Of a stretch of 64,000 nucleotides of DNA, positions 26,641 to 39,690 are shown in pieces. The DNA is taken from contig JAQFVV010000010.1 in the NCBI GenBank assembly GCA_028023455.1, positions 8,060,001-8,124,000 of the forward strand, given 5' to 3'. The notes below the pieces were generated by a model. It was given only the letters and a program-made list of their open reading frames with translations, was not told the DNA's origin and did no database searches. Made by a program: the position numbers and the translations under genes. Origin of the DNA: Epiperipatus broadwayi. Taxonomy: Eukaryota > Animalia > Onychophora. The stretch's first letter is position 1. Each line of letters begins with the position of its first letter.

Positions 26641-28474
26641 TTTACTAAACAAACAGTAATTTACATTCAAATATAAAACCGTGGAGTTTCAAACAGAATA
26701 TATCAACATTTGAAAAAAAATTTTTATACATAGTTTCATTTTTATAACAACTTTGATTGTTTAATTTAATATAAATCAGTGTTTCTTGCTGTATTATGAA
26801 TTCTATAAATTATGTTATTATTCTGGTATATTTATTTTACTTAAAACATTTTTCTTTAAATATATTATTCAAATTCTTCTTTTTATGTTTCATTACCAGC
26901 ACTATTTGAACATCTTTATATTTAAAACAACATTTTCATTAGGTTTTGCAATCCATCTTCATAAAAGTTTGTATTTAAATTCCAAACAAGAGAACAAGTA
27001 ATTAATTATTAAATTAAGGATTATATAAGACAGGTAAATGCAGAAATAATTGTGCAATATCTCTTTTGATCTGGCTTAATCAAATTAAGATATTTACCTC
27101 CAAACTCTGTGATGATGTTGTTTTAGGTGTAATTACTTTCTGGACTATTTTTATTATCTAATATTACTTATAAATACTTTTAGAAAAATTCAAATTTTAT
27201 TTAAACTTTTCAAATACATTCAACTGTTAATAATAGAACACAGGTTAATACATAATACAACATTTTAAGTAGAATTATTCTCCTTTTTCTTCAGGTGTTT
27301 CTAACCTGATGAGTGGCAACATTAGCTTGGAAATTATCAAACTTGAAACCTTAAGATTCATGAATATTGAAGTTAAAGTGATGCCCTAATTAAATGACCT
27401 TATAAATGTAAACATTCCAGACTCAACATCTATGCTAATATTGTGATTGATCAGATTAGTAACACCTAACGAAGAGAAGAGAAAGTACCACTTAAAACAT
27501 TGTGTTATATACTAAATTGATGTATCAATATTAACAGTTGAATGTATTTCAACAATTAAATAAAATTTGAATTTTTCTAAAAACATTTAACAAGTCACAT
27601 TAGATAATGGAAATAGTCCAACTAAAAATATTTAGGTATTTTGCAACTTTTATAAAGTAAAAATGATATTATGTCCAATAAGATTTATTTTTTTATTTAC
27701 AATTGAAGGAATAATTGAAATTATTTCAACAAATTTTTTATTGCATTTAGAAATAATTTTATTTACATGTGGAAAAATATATTCATTACTATTAAAACAA
27801 ACTCCAAATCTTTTATTTAATTTTTTCTAGCAACAAAGATATTATTTAAACAATCCCCCCCCTCCCCCAAAAAAACCCTCTTGAATATTTTGTCAGTGTA
27901 TGGAAAAATTAATGTTTTTTTAGAATTGTACCAAATCATAGAGTTATTCATTGATTTTAGTATTAACATTTTTAATTTCAACTGTGTTATTTAATACTGT
28001 GATTTTTTTCCAATTTCAACTTGGTTATTGACTGACTTCTGTGTTTTTGAATTATAAGTTTGTTATTACTAAATTGTAATTAAATAGTTATTTGTTTATT
28101 CCAAAAATTAGATTGCCTGGCAGAATTCCATTTAGAGCATGTACTGGGCATTCACTTGTTTCACACCCCTTTCAGAGGAGGAAGGATGGTGTGTGTGTGG
28201 GGGGAGGGTTGCTACTGACGATCGCCATTTTGAATGCAATAATCATCTGCATAAGTATATATTTCATAGAATATTTTTTCTTTTTTACTTTTATAAAAAT
28301 ATATATTTATGTTGGCTTTTTTACCCCTCCTACAACACGAACCACTTATTGTTTTTTTGTTGAAATTGATCGAATTAAGTAAGTTTCAAAAGTTAGTTTG
28401 CGTCCGTGTAAAATTCACAAGAGTACGTGTATATCTCATGCAATAATTTTTATTTTTTTTGTTTTTGTAAAACT

Positions 28475-28660
28475 GTATTGAGTATTATTTCTGCAACCAA
28501 GGTAAGATAGGAGGACTTTTCTCATTCGTATCAAAGCATTGCTAACTTTCTAATGTTTGATGTTGCCAAAATAACAACATAAAAAAAATTAGCAGTGTAT
28601 TGATATGAATGTGAAAAGTCCTCCTATCTTTTCTTGGTTGAAGGAATAATAACCAAATAC
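28475..28660. repeat. Imperfect inverted repeat (~65-70-bp arms, ~43-bp spacer), MITE-like
   Basis: CAACCAAG..AAGATAGGAGGACTTTTC.CATTC.TATCAA is mirrored at about 28589-28651. Confidence 0.7.
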
Positions 28661-31113
28661 CATAATTATAATTTCAAATGAACTTCATTATGACCATGAT
28701 AGAAAAAAAGATCAGGAACACACTACAATCAAGCAAAAAAATGATATCAGCACAGGAAAGATTGTTTATAAAAGAGTCTGAGTCACCAATATGAAGACCC
28801 AGATGGTGAGCAAAGAATGGACTACCATTCAGTTCATGCAAAGGAACTTTTTTAAGAGCAAAGATACTGGGATATCTCATAATCTGGAGTACAAGATTTT
28901 GAACTATGGCTAAACTACACTGGATTAACACCCCAAATTATATTTATATTTCTAGTTAAATTGGTTTCTTTCTTTTGAAATAGGGAATCAATCCATCCAA
29001 CCTCCAATTATTCTAGAGAAAGAGGAGCCTTCACTTCTATTTTTTTAATTTTTAATTTAATAATAAAATGTAGGGGAAGACTCTTAACTTGCTTGCCAAT
29101 TGATGTATCACTCTACTGACTTGAAAGGTGAGACTTTAATCTTATTCAATATTAAATGCTCACATTTTGACTATTACAATATTTTTTATGTTCAATGTTT
29201 GTGTTCAATTAACCTAATTATTGATTATTTGTTATTTGGAATGAATGACTAAACCCTTGGATGATTGGTCTGTCATATCATAGATTTATATGACATCAGT
29301 ACAGGAAGGGGGATCAGAATATATGAGCAACCTTTAACAAATTGTCAAATATAGATAGATGGATCAAAAATTAATGAGCAACTGATACTAGAAATTTTAG
29401 TTAGCAGAGTTAATTGTTAAAATATAGGTTTCTTTTTTTAAATATTGCATTCAATGTGAAGTTGAAATTATTAAATTAGAATGGAGAATGACTATCCTTT
29501 GTAGGGATAAAAGGGTATGGGTTAATAAATAGTTGATGAATACAAATGAAGGATGACCATGCCCACCCAATCATTAAATATTAGTTACATACACTACTTT
29601 GTTATAAAAAAATTGTGAACAATGATCATCATCAAAATTAATTTGTTAAATATTAAATCAAATTAATTGTTTGTTGTTTGATTTTTCTATTTTCCAATTA
29701 ATCACACTATATGCATATCCAATGTACAACTCAGATATGGCATAGTCATACCTTGAAATAGAATACATGTACATTCTTTCTAAGTTTGAACTCTGTGGCA
29801 TAACAAGGAGAGGTGAAGTAAGGGAAGTTGTGCAAGTGTGAATCCCATCCCACTCAATCATTAATCATCATGGGATCACTTCCTAAAACTTAGATAATCA
29901 TCAAATAACTGACTTCCCTTATCATGTGTAATGCCCTACCTGGGAGACCAAGTGGGTGACCACAGTTACATGACCTCACAAGGAAAATAATCCATCCCAT
30001 TATAATATAATACACTAAAAATGCCAAATATAAACAATGGTTTGGGATTAGCTGAAGCCATTTGTCAATTCATAAAATTTATGTCATTTGAAAGAATATG
30101 TAATGATATTCTATTTCCTAATTCTTAGCCATTTTGATATGAAAAAACTAGCAAAAACATCATACTTGGTAAGATAGAAATTAATATATTAAGATATAAG
30201 AGATCAGATGAGCAAATATAACTCAAATGCTATACAAACATCTATCAATGGTGATACATTTCCAAATTCAATCATGGTGTCAAATGGAAATCCATTCATT
30301 TATAAAAATCTTAGAAAATATGTTATAGGATGCTTATTAACTCATACAGGCATTAAATTTCCATGTCATATCTCTTCAAGATTCATATATACTCCTTTGG
30401 CACAATTTGTAAATATGTAGATCAAATGATTTCCATATGTTATGATTATTCTTCCTTTCTCAATAATCTAAGATCAAATTTATTTTTCCAATAATCCATT
30501 AAGCAAAATTTTCATATCAAGTTTTTCATAGATGACAAAAAAGACAATAAAAGCTATAACATTACTTCTGAGATTTATCTGTCTAGTAAGATTTATATAA
30601 GACAATCTTCCAAAACCAACATTATCATTCTATTCAAGAGTTCCATGAATTCTGATGGAAGTAGTATTATAGAGATTAAATATTTTCCAAAAAATTAAAA
30701 TTTATAATGTAGCCACAGGATTACTTAATTCATGGAACATACTATGCTTAAATGAAATGGGGATTCAAAGTCACACTATTATAATTGAAGATCTGTTTTT
30801 ATGTATTATATTGAGTCATATGAGAAGGACTCAACAAAATACATCAATATTTTTTTAACGGACATGTTAAGTTTTAATTTTCATTATGAAACAATTTTTT
30901 TTTGCTTGACATACATAAATTATTGTATATATATATTGTAAAATAAACTGGTTTTTATAATAAAAAATCCTAATTTTATTTAAAACGTAAAAAAATTTTC
31001 AAGTTTCATTTGAGTAAAACTTCAAGTCATTTGCATAATAAGTGGATGCAGTTATTATTAGCCACATACACATATTGCAAAAAAAATAGTATAATACAAA
31101 TAAAAAAACTTAC

Positions 31114-31306
31114 TGAACGAGAGTCAAGTTTTCCCTTGGTATCTCCTTAAGATCTTGCAAGGTACTGGTACAACCACCAAACTCATAATTAGGATTGTAC
31201 TCAGTTACCATGCCAGCTCCTTGACGTAGGCGATTCAGTTGAAATTGAGGATTATTAAACGTTTCTTGACGCATAGTCCACAAATATGCTTGCTTTTTTC
31301 GATATG
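31114..31306 (-). CDS. Alk: ALK/LTK-family RTK, juxtamembrane exon
   Basis: TTTTTTCAG acceptor and CA|GTAAGT donor. Translates AYRKKQAYLWTMRQETFNNPQFQLNRLRQGAGMVTEYNPNYEFGGCTSTLQDLKEIPRENLTLV; EYNPNYEF and DLKEIPRENLTL are typical of the ALK/LTK juxtamembrane region. Confidence 0.95.
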
Positions 31307-33893
31307 CTGAAAAAATTGTCACTTTTAATAAATAAATTATTATATTTTTTTTTTCTAGTATTAATAGACTTATATATAACTTGATAAAAATGCAAGAAAA
31401 AATTAATCTAATAAATAAATGAAGTAAATGTTGTGTTATGCTAAAAAGTTTATTGATTACAAAAGAAAATTATTGGAATTTATTATAATTTGTTTTAAGA
31501 AAATTTTAAAATAAGATTTCATCTTTTATAAAATACTTCTAAAATGCAGAAACTAATAAAAAAGAAGAGTAAACAATTAAGATTCATAAAAGTTTATCTA
31601 AAGTGAAAGATAAGATATCACTCACTAGAATAGCTTGGTTAATTACAAGCTGACTATTAAAAAAACACATTCTAAGCCTGTTTGAAATTTGATATATATA
31701 TATATTTATATTCTAAAAAAATCCAAATTGGATTAAATTAAAATCCAAGATCAAGTTAGCTCAAATTCAAATCCTAGATTAAAAATATTGCGAGATTCAA
31801 CAGCCACAATAACAATAAAGTTATTATTTTACATTAATTAATATTCTTCTATGGATATTATTAAAACTCCCAACTTTTGGCAAATAGAGCTTATATTTTT
31901 AAGCTATTTATTATTTGATAAAGTATTGCAATATTATTTTAAAATAATGTTATTTTTGTAAAAGATTATATGGATAAGAAAGGCAGACACAAATTAAAAA
32001 AAATATATTTACAATTATCTACCATTCAAAATCAAAAATATTATTAAGTTAAAAATGTTGGAAAAAAGACTAAGTATAAAATTTAAATTGGTATATAATT
32101 ATTTAATATAATCTCGTCCTATTATTTTTAAATTGAATTTCCAAATGTACAATTATTTGTAAACAGATGGTTTTTTGGTTTTGAATTAAATATAATGTTA
32201 TTCAGTGACTAACAAACATTGATGGTAATCAAAATTCTCTTAATAAAATTATCTTTTATCAATAAATTCTTTTCAATCACTAAATATACTTTTTAAAAGA
32301 TTAGATGCTCAATATTTAGTCTCAGAAATAATAGTAAGGTCTTCCCGATGTTATGTATGCATTTTGCTACCCGAATGTAAGCTATTTACAGTGTTGATTT
32401 TGGAATAATATTTATTCTTAATTTAAAAATCTTAAACAGTCAATAAGAAAAAAGGCATCATATTAAAGTGACGGTCATTGTATTAAGAACCAAGTGGCAA
32501 AGAAAATAATGCGAGAAGTAATTTTTTCGTTCCTTTCACAAATTTGTTCCAAAAGTGTTTGAATGCTTTTCAAGATTGCTGCTATAAAAAATATGTATCT
32601 GTTGTATCATAATGCCTAAAGGATGAATATACTTATCTGGATGTCAGGGTGTACACCCATAATAAATTTTTTAAATAGGGATTGAATGGTGGTATTTGAG
32701 TTATTAAGTAAAATTGGAATTGTTACTTATATACTGTCAAAAACTGGATACTCAAAGAAAACATGTTTTTTACATCTTTGTGCAAATACAGGACTGATCA
32801 TAAAAATTGAAACATTAATTTTTGTACCTATAAAAAAATAGAGTGTAGGCAGAGCCTCTAAATTTACTTTGACAAAAAAATAAAAAAATTTTGGTTTTTC
32901 TTCATCATTTAAAGGCAGAGAATGTATTGATGAATATATCTCTCAATATTTATATCTGTTTTTGGATATGCAAAAGATAAATTTGAAAATTGAAAAGAGT
33001 GGAGTAATATGGGATTTCCAGTATCTGGTTAATGATGGTGGGTTGTTTATAGGAGTAATGTTTAACATTACTTCAAGATCTGGGAATAGTGCAGTACAAG
33101 ATGTAATTGAATTAAGTATTTTATAAATTTTGAAAGTATTTATCACATGTAAACTCAAGCTATTTTAAGATAAAGAACATTGCAATTATATGAGTAAAAC
33201 TGAGTCTATACATCTTTCTCATAGAAGTTTCCTACACAAAAAATAGGCATGTGTGGTAAAAGCTTTTGTATAGATTATTATTGAGGAATAATACGTGATC
33301 CAAGTATTTATCAGTAAATTAAATAGAGATACTTTTGAATAAAGTGAGAGATAAGACACTGAAAGTGATTGTATATTTGCAATTTTATTTTTAAGTGTAG
33401 AGAGCACATTTCTGAGCTAGTCAGATAAAAAGGAATTCTAATAATGGATTAAGCTCTTCTTTAAAGTATTGCTGAAAATTACAAACACAAACAATAATTT
33501 TCAGTAATTTCATAGTAAACATTGGCAATTAGGTAAGCAAAAACCTAGCACTAAGGAAAATATTTATCAGATTATTCTAAATATGATGATGAAAAGACAA
33601 ATTATACTTGTAGCTTCATCAAAATGCTTGTCTAAAAGCCATTAAATATATATCCATTTTCATCTACCATCAATGTGGTGCTTAAAATAGAATGGCCTTC
33701 CTAAATCTAGCAAAAAATTTCAAATGAAGTCAGCCACTTCCTATTCTAAAAATATATTGATATAACTAAAAGATGATTTGTCTGAGTGTTATCTGATAGA
33801 AAAGAAGATTAAACCTACCAGAAAATCTACAAATCAAGCAGCAAATTACCCAACTGCAAAAATAAATCAAATTTTTTTAAAATCAAACTATTT

Positions 33894-33989
33894 GTCAAGT
33901 GTCGGTGGCCTAGTGATTAGCATAGTTGCCTTCCAAGCAGCTGGCCCAGGTTCACTTCCCAGTCAATGCATTTGACACATAAAAAAAAA
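33894..33989 (+). pseudogene. tRNA-Gly(TCC)-like retrocopy / ancestral subfamily of the SINE
   Basis: GTGTCGGTGGCCTAGTGATTAGCATAGTTGCCTTCCAAGCAGCTGGCCCAGGTTCACTTCCCAGTCAATGCA resembles metazoan tRNA-Gly(TCC) with several stem mismatches. It has the same GTCAA leader and TGACAC trailer as the SINE, plus an A tail. Confidence 0.75.
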
Positions 33990-34599
33990 CAACTATAAAA
34001 AGTTATATTGTGGGAAATAACTAAAATTGAAAACTCATAATAAATCTTTAAATCTGAGAAAGAAGCAAATCAACTAAGAAACTGCAAAATGAAGATATCT
34101 TATGGCAATATTTATGCATATTAGATATTTGAGATACCAGTAAGTAATTTATATATTTCAGTTTTTAAAAGGACTCTTAATGTAAATATAATTAAATGCA
34201 ATTTTTATGTGTGTGTGTATGTTTAAGTATTATAGATGTATGTAGCTTATTTCCATCCTTCTAAAAGTGTTCTCTCCACCTTAAAATTGTAAACAGGCAG
34301 AAATTTGAAATTGTTCCTGTATTATTATGCAAGGTTGGATTTGACTCAATTATTAAATATAGCCAACACTATAACATTGGAAATAACTATTTTATATCTA
34401 TTGGTAGGGTGTATATAATCCTCATTATTTAAAGCAGTGTTTTTCAACCCTAAACAGTCTTCAGTAATCCTAGGGTTTGTTCCAGTAATAATTTTAATTC
34501 TATCATTCTGTTGATTATATGCTTAAAAAAAAAAATGAAATAAAGTAATAGAAATTAGACAAAATACATTATGCTATAGAAAGACAATATTGTACTTAC

Positions 34600-34722
34600 C
34601 AAAATAACTTAGAAGCAGCACGCAGACTAATATGAGAATCACAACTAATACGATGATGATCGTTAATATTGTGCTCGAGATATAAAAAGACTTTATTTCC
34701 GGTGAAGATGGCACTATAGATT
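34600..34722 (-). CDS. Alk: ALK/LTK-family receptor tyrosine kinase, transmembrane exon
   Basis: TTTTAG acceptor and G|GTAAGT donor. Translates (x)-SIVPSSPEIKSFYISSTILTIIIVLVVILILVCVLLLSYF, a hydrophobic helix. Its phase-1 end joins the next exon in frame (G+CA = Ala, followed by YRKK stop-transfer). Confidence 0.9.
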
Positions 34723-35329
34723 CTAAAATGAATGATAGAGGCGATAGTTATTTCAAAAATATTTATTATAGTTAAAAATATATTATTACACGTAAAATAT
34801 ACTTATTTAAAACTTGTAAAGCCTTTGACAAAAATACAAAGTACGGTTATATGCATTTTTATCTGTGTGCGTGGTCATTTATTTGTTCAAATTTTTACAT
34901 TTCTTTTATAAATATAAGACATAAGGAAGTAATATCAAATGAATAATTAGAGTTTACAGAACTCTTACATATTTTTTTTAGGATTATATTTTCCACATTA
35001 TTGTTACCAATATATTTTAGTTAGGTCTTAATTCTAAATGCATATTTAAACAAATCATTTTCTTTTGAAAACTAACCCAGATTAAAAAAAAACTAACGGA
35101 AAAAATAAAATAAAATAAAAAAACAAACAATATATCTTTCAAAATGGTTGTGCTAAAAACTAACATTACGATTTAAAAATTGCAATTTTTTTATATTTTA
35201 TACAAAAAAAGAAGGTAAAACAATGAGGTTTTCCAATCTTTGTTTGAATAATATGAATAAAATGGGTTGCTGTCTAGATCAAATGCTAAACTATGCTCTT
35301 CACTGACAAAAGTTAATGGCCAAAAATTA

Positions 35330-36130
35330 ATATGAAATTACTGTTGTTAAAATATTAAACAAAGTTGGAACTCAAATATAACCCTGTTTAACCAGTTTTC
35401 AATACAAATGTCTTGGAATTTTTACTGCCAATAATAATTATCTTCTTCTTTTATCCTCATACATAAATGACATATTATAAATATAAATTTTACTGAATAA
35501 TCAACTGTTTTTAAAAATGATTGCAAAAGTGGTTTAATTCACTAAATCTGATATTTTGTAAAGTAAGGCATATATAAATCATGCTTCATTCATAATCCTT
35601 GCTTGCACTTTTCTGATAGCAAAAAATATGATTATAAAGCTTCTTGATAAACCACATTATCTGTGATTCATCATCTATGACTGGAAACAAACTATTGAAT
35701 AGAAATTTTGAAATTATACTTGAACGCCAATAATATTCCATAATTTTCCAATTTTTATTATCTCATTTATTTTATAAACTGGAACAACAGAAGTATTCTT
35801 TTATCATGGAGCTCAACTTCATAGATTTATAAATTCCTAAATAATTTCATAACTTTGAAGTTAACTTATCACCATCCCATTTAAAATCTCCAGTTATTTC
35901 ATCATAATATGTTACTGTTCTATCTTAGGATTAAAAAGAAATTGCCTAACTTCATTAAGTTGAATATCTATAGTTTAAAACAGACATTAGAATGACCTAT
36001 TATTAGTCTTATCATAAAAAGTATATATCCTATTTTAAAACAATTATATTACATTTGATAATTCCATATTTTGATTTTAGTGTGTAAAAAATTCCATTTA
36101 AAGATTTTTTTTACTTTAATTGTTACTCAT
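35330..36130 (-). mobile_element. Decayed LINE RT relic (CR1/L2/Jockey-like)
   Basis: Weak similarity to the PVYK..D..NYRPISLL and Q.GF regions. Many stops. Confidence 0.35.
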
Positions 36131-36367
36131 TCTTAAGTCAGGTCAATCATAAAACTTCTGAATTTAAATCTAGTAATACACTATGTGCATTAATGTGATA
36201 ACCTTTTGACCCTTTAAAAGTTGTAACCAACCCCTCTTCTCTCTTGACCTTTTAATTTACATATATATCAAATTGTTAATATAAACCTGACAACTGCAAA
36301 TGTAAACATATGTATGCAAACAAAAAGCTATGTAACACTTTGTTGCCTAGTAAAACTCTTTTTGAAA

Positions 36368-36454
36368 CATCATCATCATCATCATCATAGTAATAATAAT
36401 GACAACAGTAATAATAATAATAATAATGACAATGATGATGATAATAATAATAAT
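36368..36454. repeat. Compound (CAT)n/(TAA)n microsatellite
   Basis: Read directly from the sequence. Confidence 0.9.
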
Positions 36455-36514
36455 CACCTATTAAATTACCTATTGAAACAGAGATAAAAATAAAATAATC
36501 CTTCATGAAAAATC

Positions 36515-38039
36515 ATGTCTGTCCAAAATTTTATGGACTGCCAAAAATTCACAAACCAAATACCCCCCCTTCATCCAGTAGTAAGGGCAATAGGATCTCC
36601 AACTCATATTTTAGCTAGATATTTATTTGATTTCATTAAACCTATGATACCATCTATTAAATCATATATTAAAAACTCTTTTCACTTTATTTCTGTTTTA
36701 AAAAATTTAAAAATTAATGCTAATGACATTCTGGTCAGTTTTGATGTAGTGTCTTTGTTTACAAACATTCCAATTGATAAATCTTTAAATGTAATTTCGC
36801 AATGCTGCAATTTACCAAACCATATTATTGTTTTGATTAATCATTGTCTCTTGAACACATATTTTGTATACAATGGACAACATTACAGACAAGTTTTTGG
36901 TATTCCTATGGGCTCACCTATCTCAGTAGTAATAGCTGATTTATTCATGGAAAATATAAAAACTTGTGCCTTAGAATCATCATCTTTAAAAACTCTCATT
37001 TGGCTCAGATACATAGATGACACTTTTGTCATATGACAACATGGAAAAAATAAATTAGATAATTTTTTCTTACATTTAAATAATATACATCCTCATATTA
37101 AATTTACAATGGAGACAGAGTCTGGTGGAAAACTCCATTTTCTTGATGTTCTAGTCATCAGGACACATGGAGAGATATTTACATGTACATTCTCATCATC
37201 ACCCAACTCAGATAGTTTCCATAGCCAAAACTCTTCTAAACAGAGCAATTAACACTTCAGATAAGTCATATCTGAAAGAAGAAATAAATCATATTAATAG
37301 TGTTTTATTAGCAAATAGTTATGATTATAAATTTATTAAAAAAGCTTTATTCTCAAGCCCAAAATGGACAAAATAGGAAACAAAAAGATGATAAATCAGC
37401 TATTAGGATTTGGGTTCCATATATAAAAGGAACTTACAGAAAGTATTGGACATATATTAAAATGCTATAATATAAATACAGCATTTTCTACTCATCAAAA
37501 GATCAGCAATATAATAACCAAGCCTAAGGATTCAATCCCTCTTGAATCTCATATGAAAATTGTAAAGCTTCTTACATAGGTATGATTAATCATTGCATCA
37601 GTGTTAGGAGAGAAGAACATGCTAATGCAGTTAAACACTCATCATCATCAGCACTTTCACTCCATACTATAGATTCAGGTCAAAAAATTGATTTTTCTAG
37701 TATCAGGATCATATCCAGATGTGATAATCTCTACCAGTGCAAAATTAGAGAAGCCATTGAGATACTTAAAAGGCCAGATTGTATCAATAAATGAGATGAT
37801 ACATGCAAACTTCCTCCTATTTGGAAAGATTTTTTTAAAAAACATTCTTAATTTAACATTTTTGCTATTGGTAGAACTTTAATATTTTTTTCAAATCAGA
37901 GATTGTAGCACCTCTATAACCATCTTTCTACCTTTTATCACCCAGTAGATGACTTGTGTGATCAAGTCAAAATGTTGATATATTAATATTTAAATGTTTT
38001 AACATGGATGAACCCGCAAAATATGTCTTTTATATATAT
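36515..38039 (+). mobile_element. 5'-truncated, decayed Penelope-like element (Poseidon-type RT plus GIY-YIG) with terminal repeat
   Basis: LVSFDVVSLFTNIP, FGIPMGSPISVVIADLFME, WLRYIDDTF, then HPHIKFTME, YLHVHSHHHPTQ, KIREAIEI across stops and frameshifts. The 3' repeat holds a decayed HHR (GACTTG-tgtgat-CAAGTC-AAAA) at about 37941-37980 and ends in (TA)n. Confidence 0.9.
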
Positions 38040-38389
38040 TTTTGTGTGTGGGGGAGGGGTATAAATTATTTTAAAAATGGAAATTCAGTAAAGTGCAGTA
38101 ACCAATTAGACCAGTTCTGTAGGCTGAAAAAAACCAGTAGTAAAATTGTTCAAGCCAAAAGACAATCACTTTTGATCAATCACTCAAGCTGTTATATATG
38201 AGTTAGTAGCAGGACATAGTTGTTATAAGAGTTGAGATATAATATGTTGCAACATTTATTACATCCTAACTAAAATCAAAACTCCCATAAGCAAATCATA
38301 TATTTAATTTTAATATTTTTAATGGACAAAAAACAAACAAACAGTAATTGTAAGCACTATAAAATTAAAAAAAAACATGATGTAGTTAG

Positions 38390-38911
38390 ACACAAATTGT
38401 GCAACTTGCTTTTAAGTTTGTGCTAAAATATTCACTAGATGGAGCTTATCACTAGTTCCAAAACATGCTTTAATTGTAAGTGCCAATAGAGAAAGAATTT
38501 AAAATCTCTATCGGAAAATCCTCATCTCCAGACCAATTGGTTTCGAGCTTATGGCTCACCTCAGTGAAGAGGCTTTTGCGATGTTATATTGCTTTAGCTA
38601 CTAATATATGGTGAAACTGAACTGAGTTCAGACCCATATAGCTATCTGGTTTGTAAGGCTGAATTTTAAGACATTTACATGTCTGAAACATTCAAGTTTT
38701 CAAACTGATAGTAACGTATTAAATAAATGCTGGCGGCTGAGTTGGAGTTTTAGATCTAGTGTCTGAAATCCTAACTCTTCACTGAGGTGAGCCATAAGCT
38801 TGAAACCAATTGGTCTGGAGATGAAGATTTTCTGATAGAGATTTTGAATTCTTTCTCTGTTGGCACTTATAATTAAAGCTTGTTTTGGAGCTAGTGGTAA
38901 GCTCCATCTAG
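38390..38911 (+). mobile_element. TSD-flanked fold-back HHR mini-element with a 45-bp tail (HHR family 3)
   Basis: 16-bp AACATGATGTAGTTAG at 38374-38389 and 38912-38927. Inverted 137-bp arms at 38435-38571 and 38775-38911. Each arm reads TCTTCA-CTGAGGT-GAGC(CATAA)GCTY-GAAA-CCAATTGG-TC-TGGAGA. Confidence 0.85.
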
Positions 38912-39600
38912 AACATGATGTAGTTAGTTAAGTAAAACTTTCATTGTTGTAAAAATCATAAGTATCATTAGTACTTAAAAATGGAAAAACTTATTGCAGA
39001 CTTGGTCCTATGGATAAGTTTAAACATTTACATAATTGCCTGTAAAAAATTTAAGATAAATTTTGAGTTTTTTTGATATTCAGATTAAAAACATAAAAGC
39101 TTATATAAGACAAATAAACTGTTTGTATAATTATTTTAGTAATAAAAGCTATTTGTAATTCTATGTTATGTAAGAATGTTATAGCTTATACCAATAATGA
39201 TTTTTATATTAATAGTATAGATAATATAGTTCATAATTAGGATTAAATATTCGATTGAGATATTTTTAGATTTGCTCTTTACTAAAGAAAATTATTCAAA
39301 GCAAATTCAATAAACTTTCATATCCACAGTATTTTGTTTAGGACTATGTTGTGAGGACAGAAATTTGCAATTAATATATATATAATAGTCACTTTCACAT
39401 GCATGTATATAAGAAATTTTGAACATGTAAATACAGTATATACCTATAATCCCATGTTTTTTGAAAAAAGTACCCATTAAATCATTAACAAAAATAATTA
39501 ACAAAGAATCAATAAACTATAATTAATAATTTATAATATAATTTACCATTCTCACATGGACTTTTTTTTTAAAAAAAATGCATTATTTGTCAAAAAAAAA

Positions 39601-39672
<72 letters not shown>

Positions 39673-39690
39673 CATCATCATCATCATCAT
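39601..39690. repeat. (TAT)n-(CAT)n microsatellite
   Basis: Read directly from the sequence. Confidence 0.95.

Noticed and set aside
27305-27340. CTGATGA...GAAA
   Set aside because: No convincing stem I, II or III.
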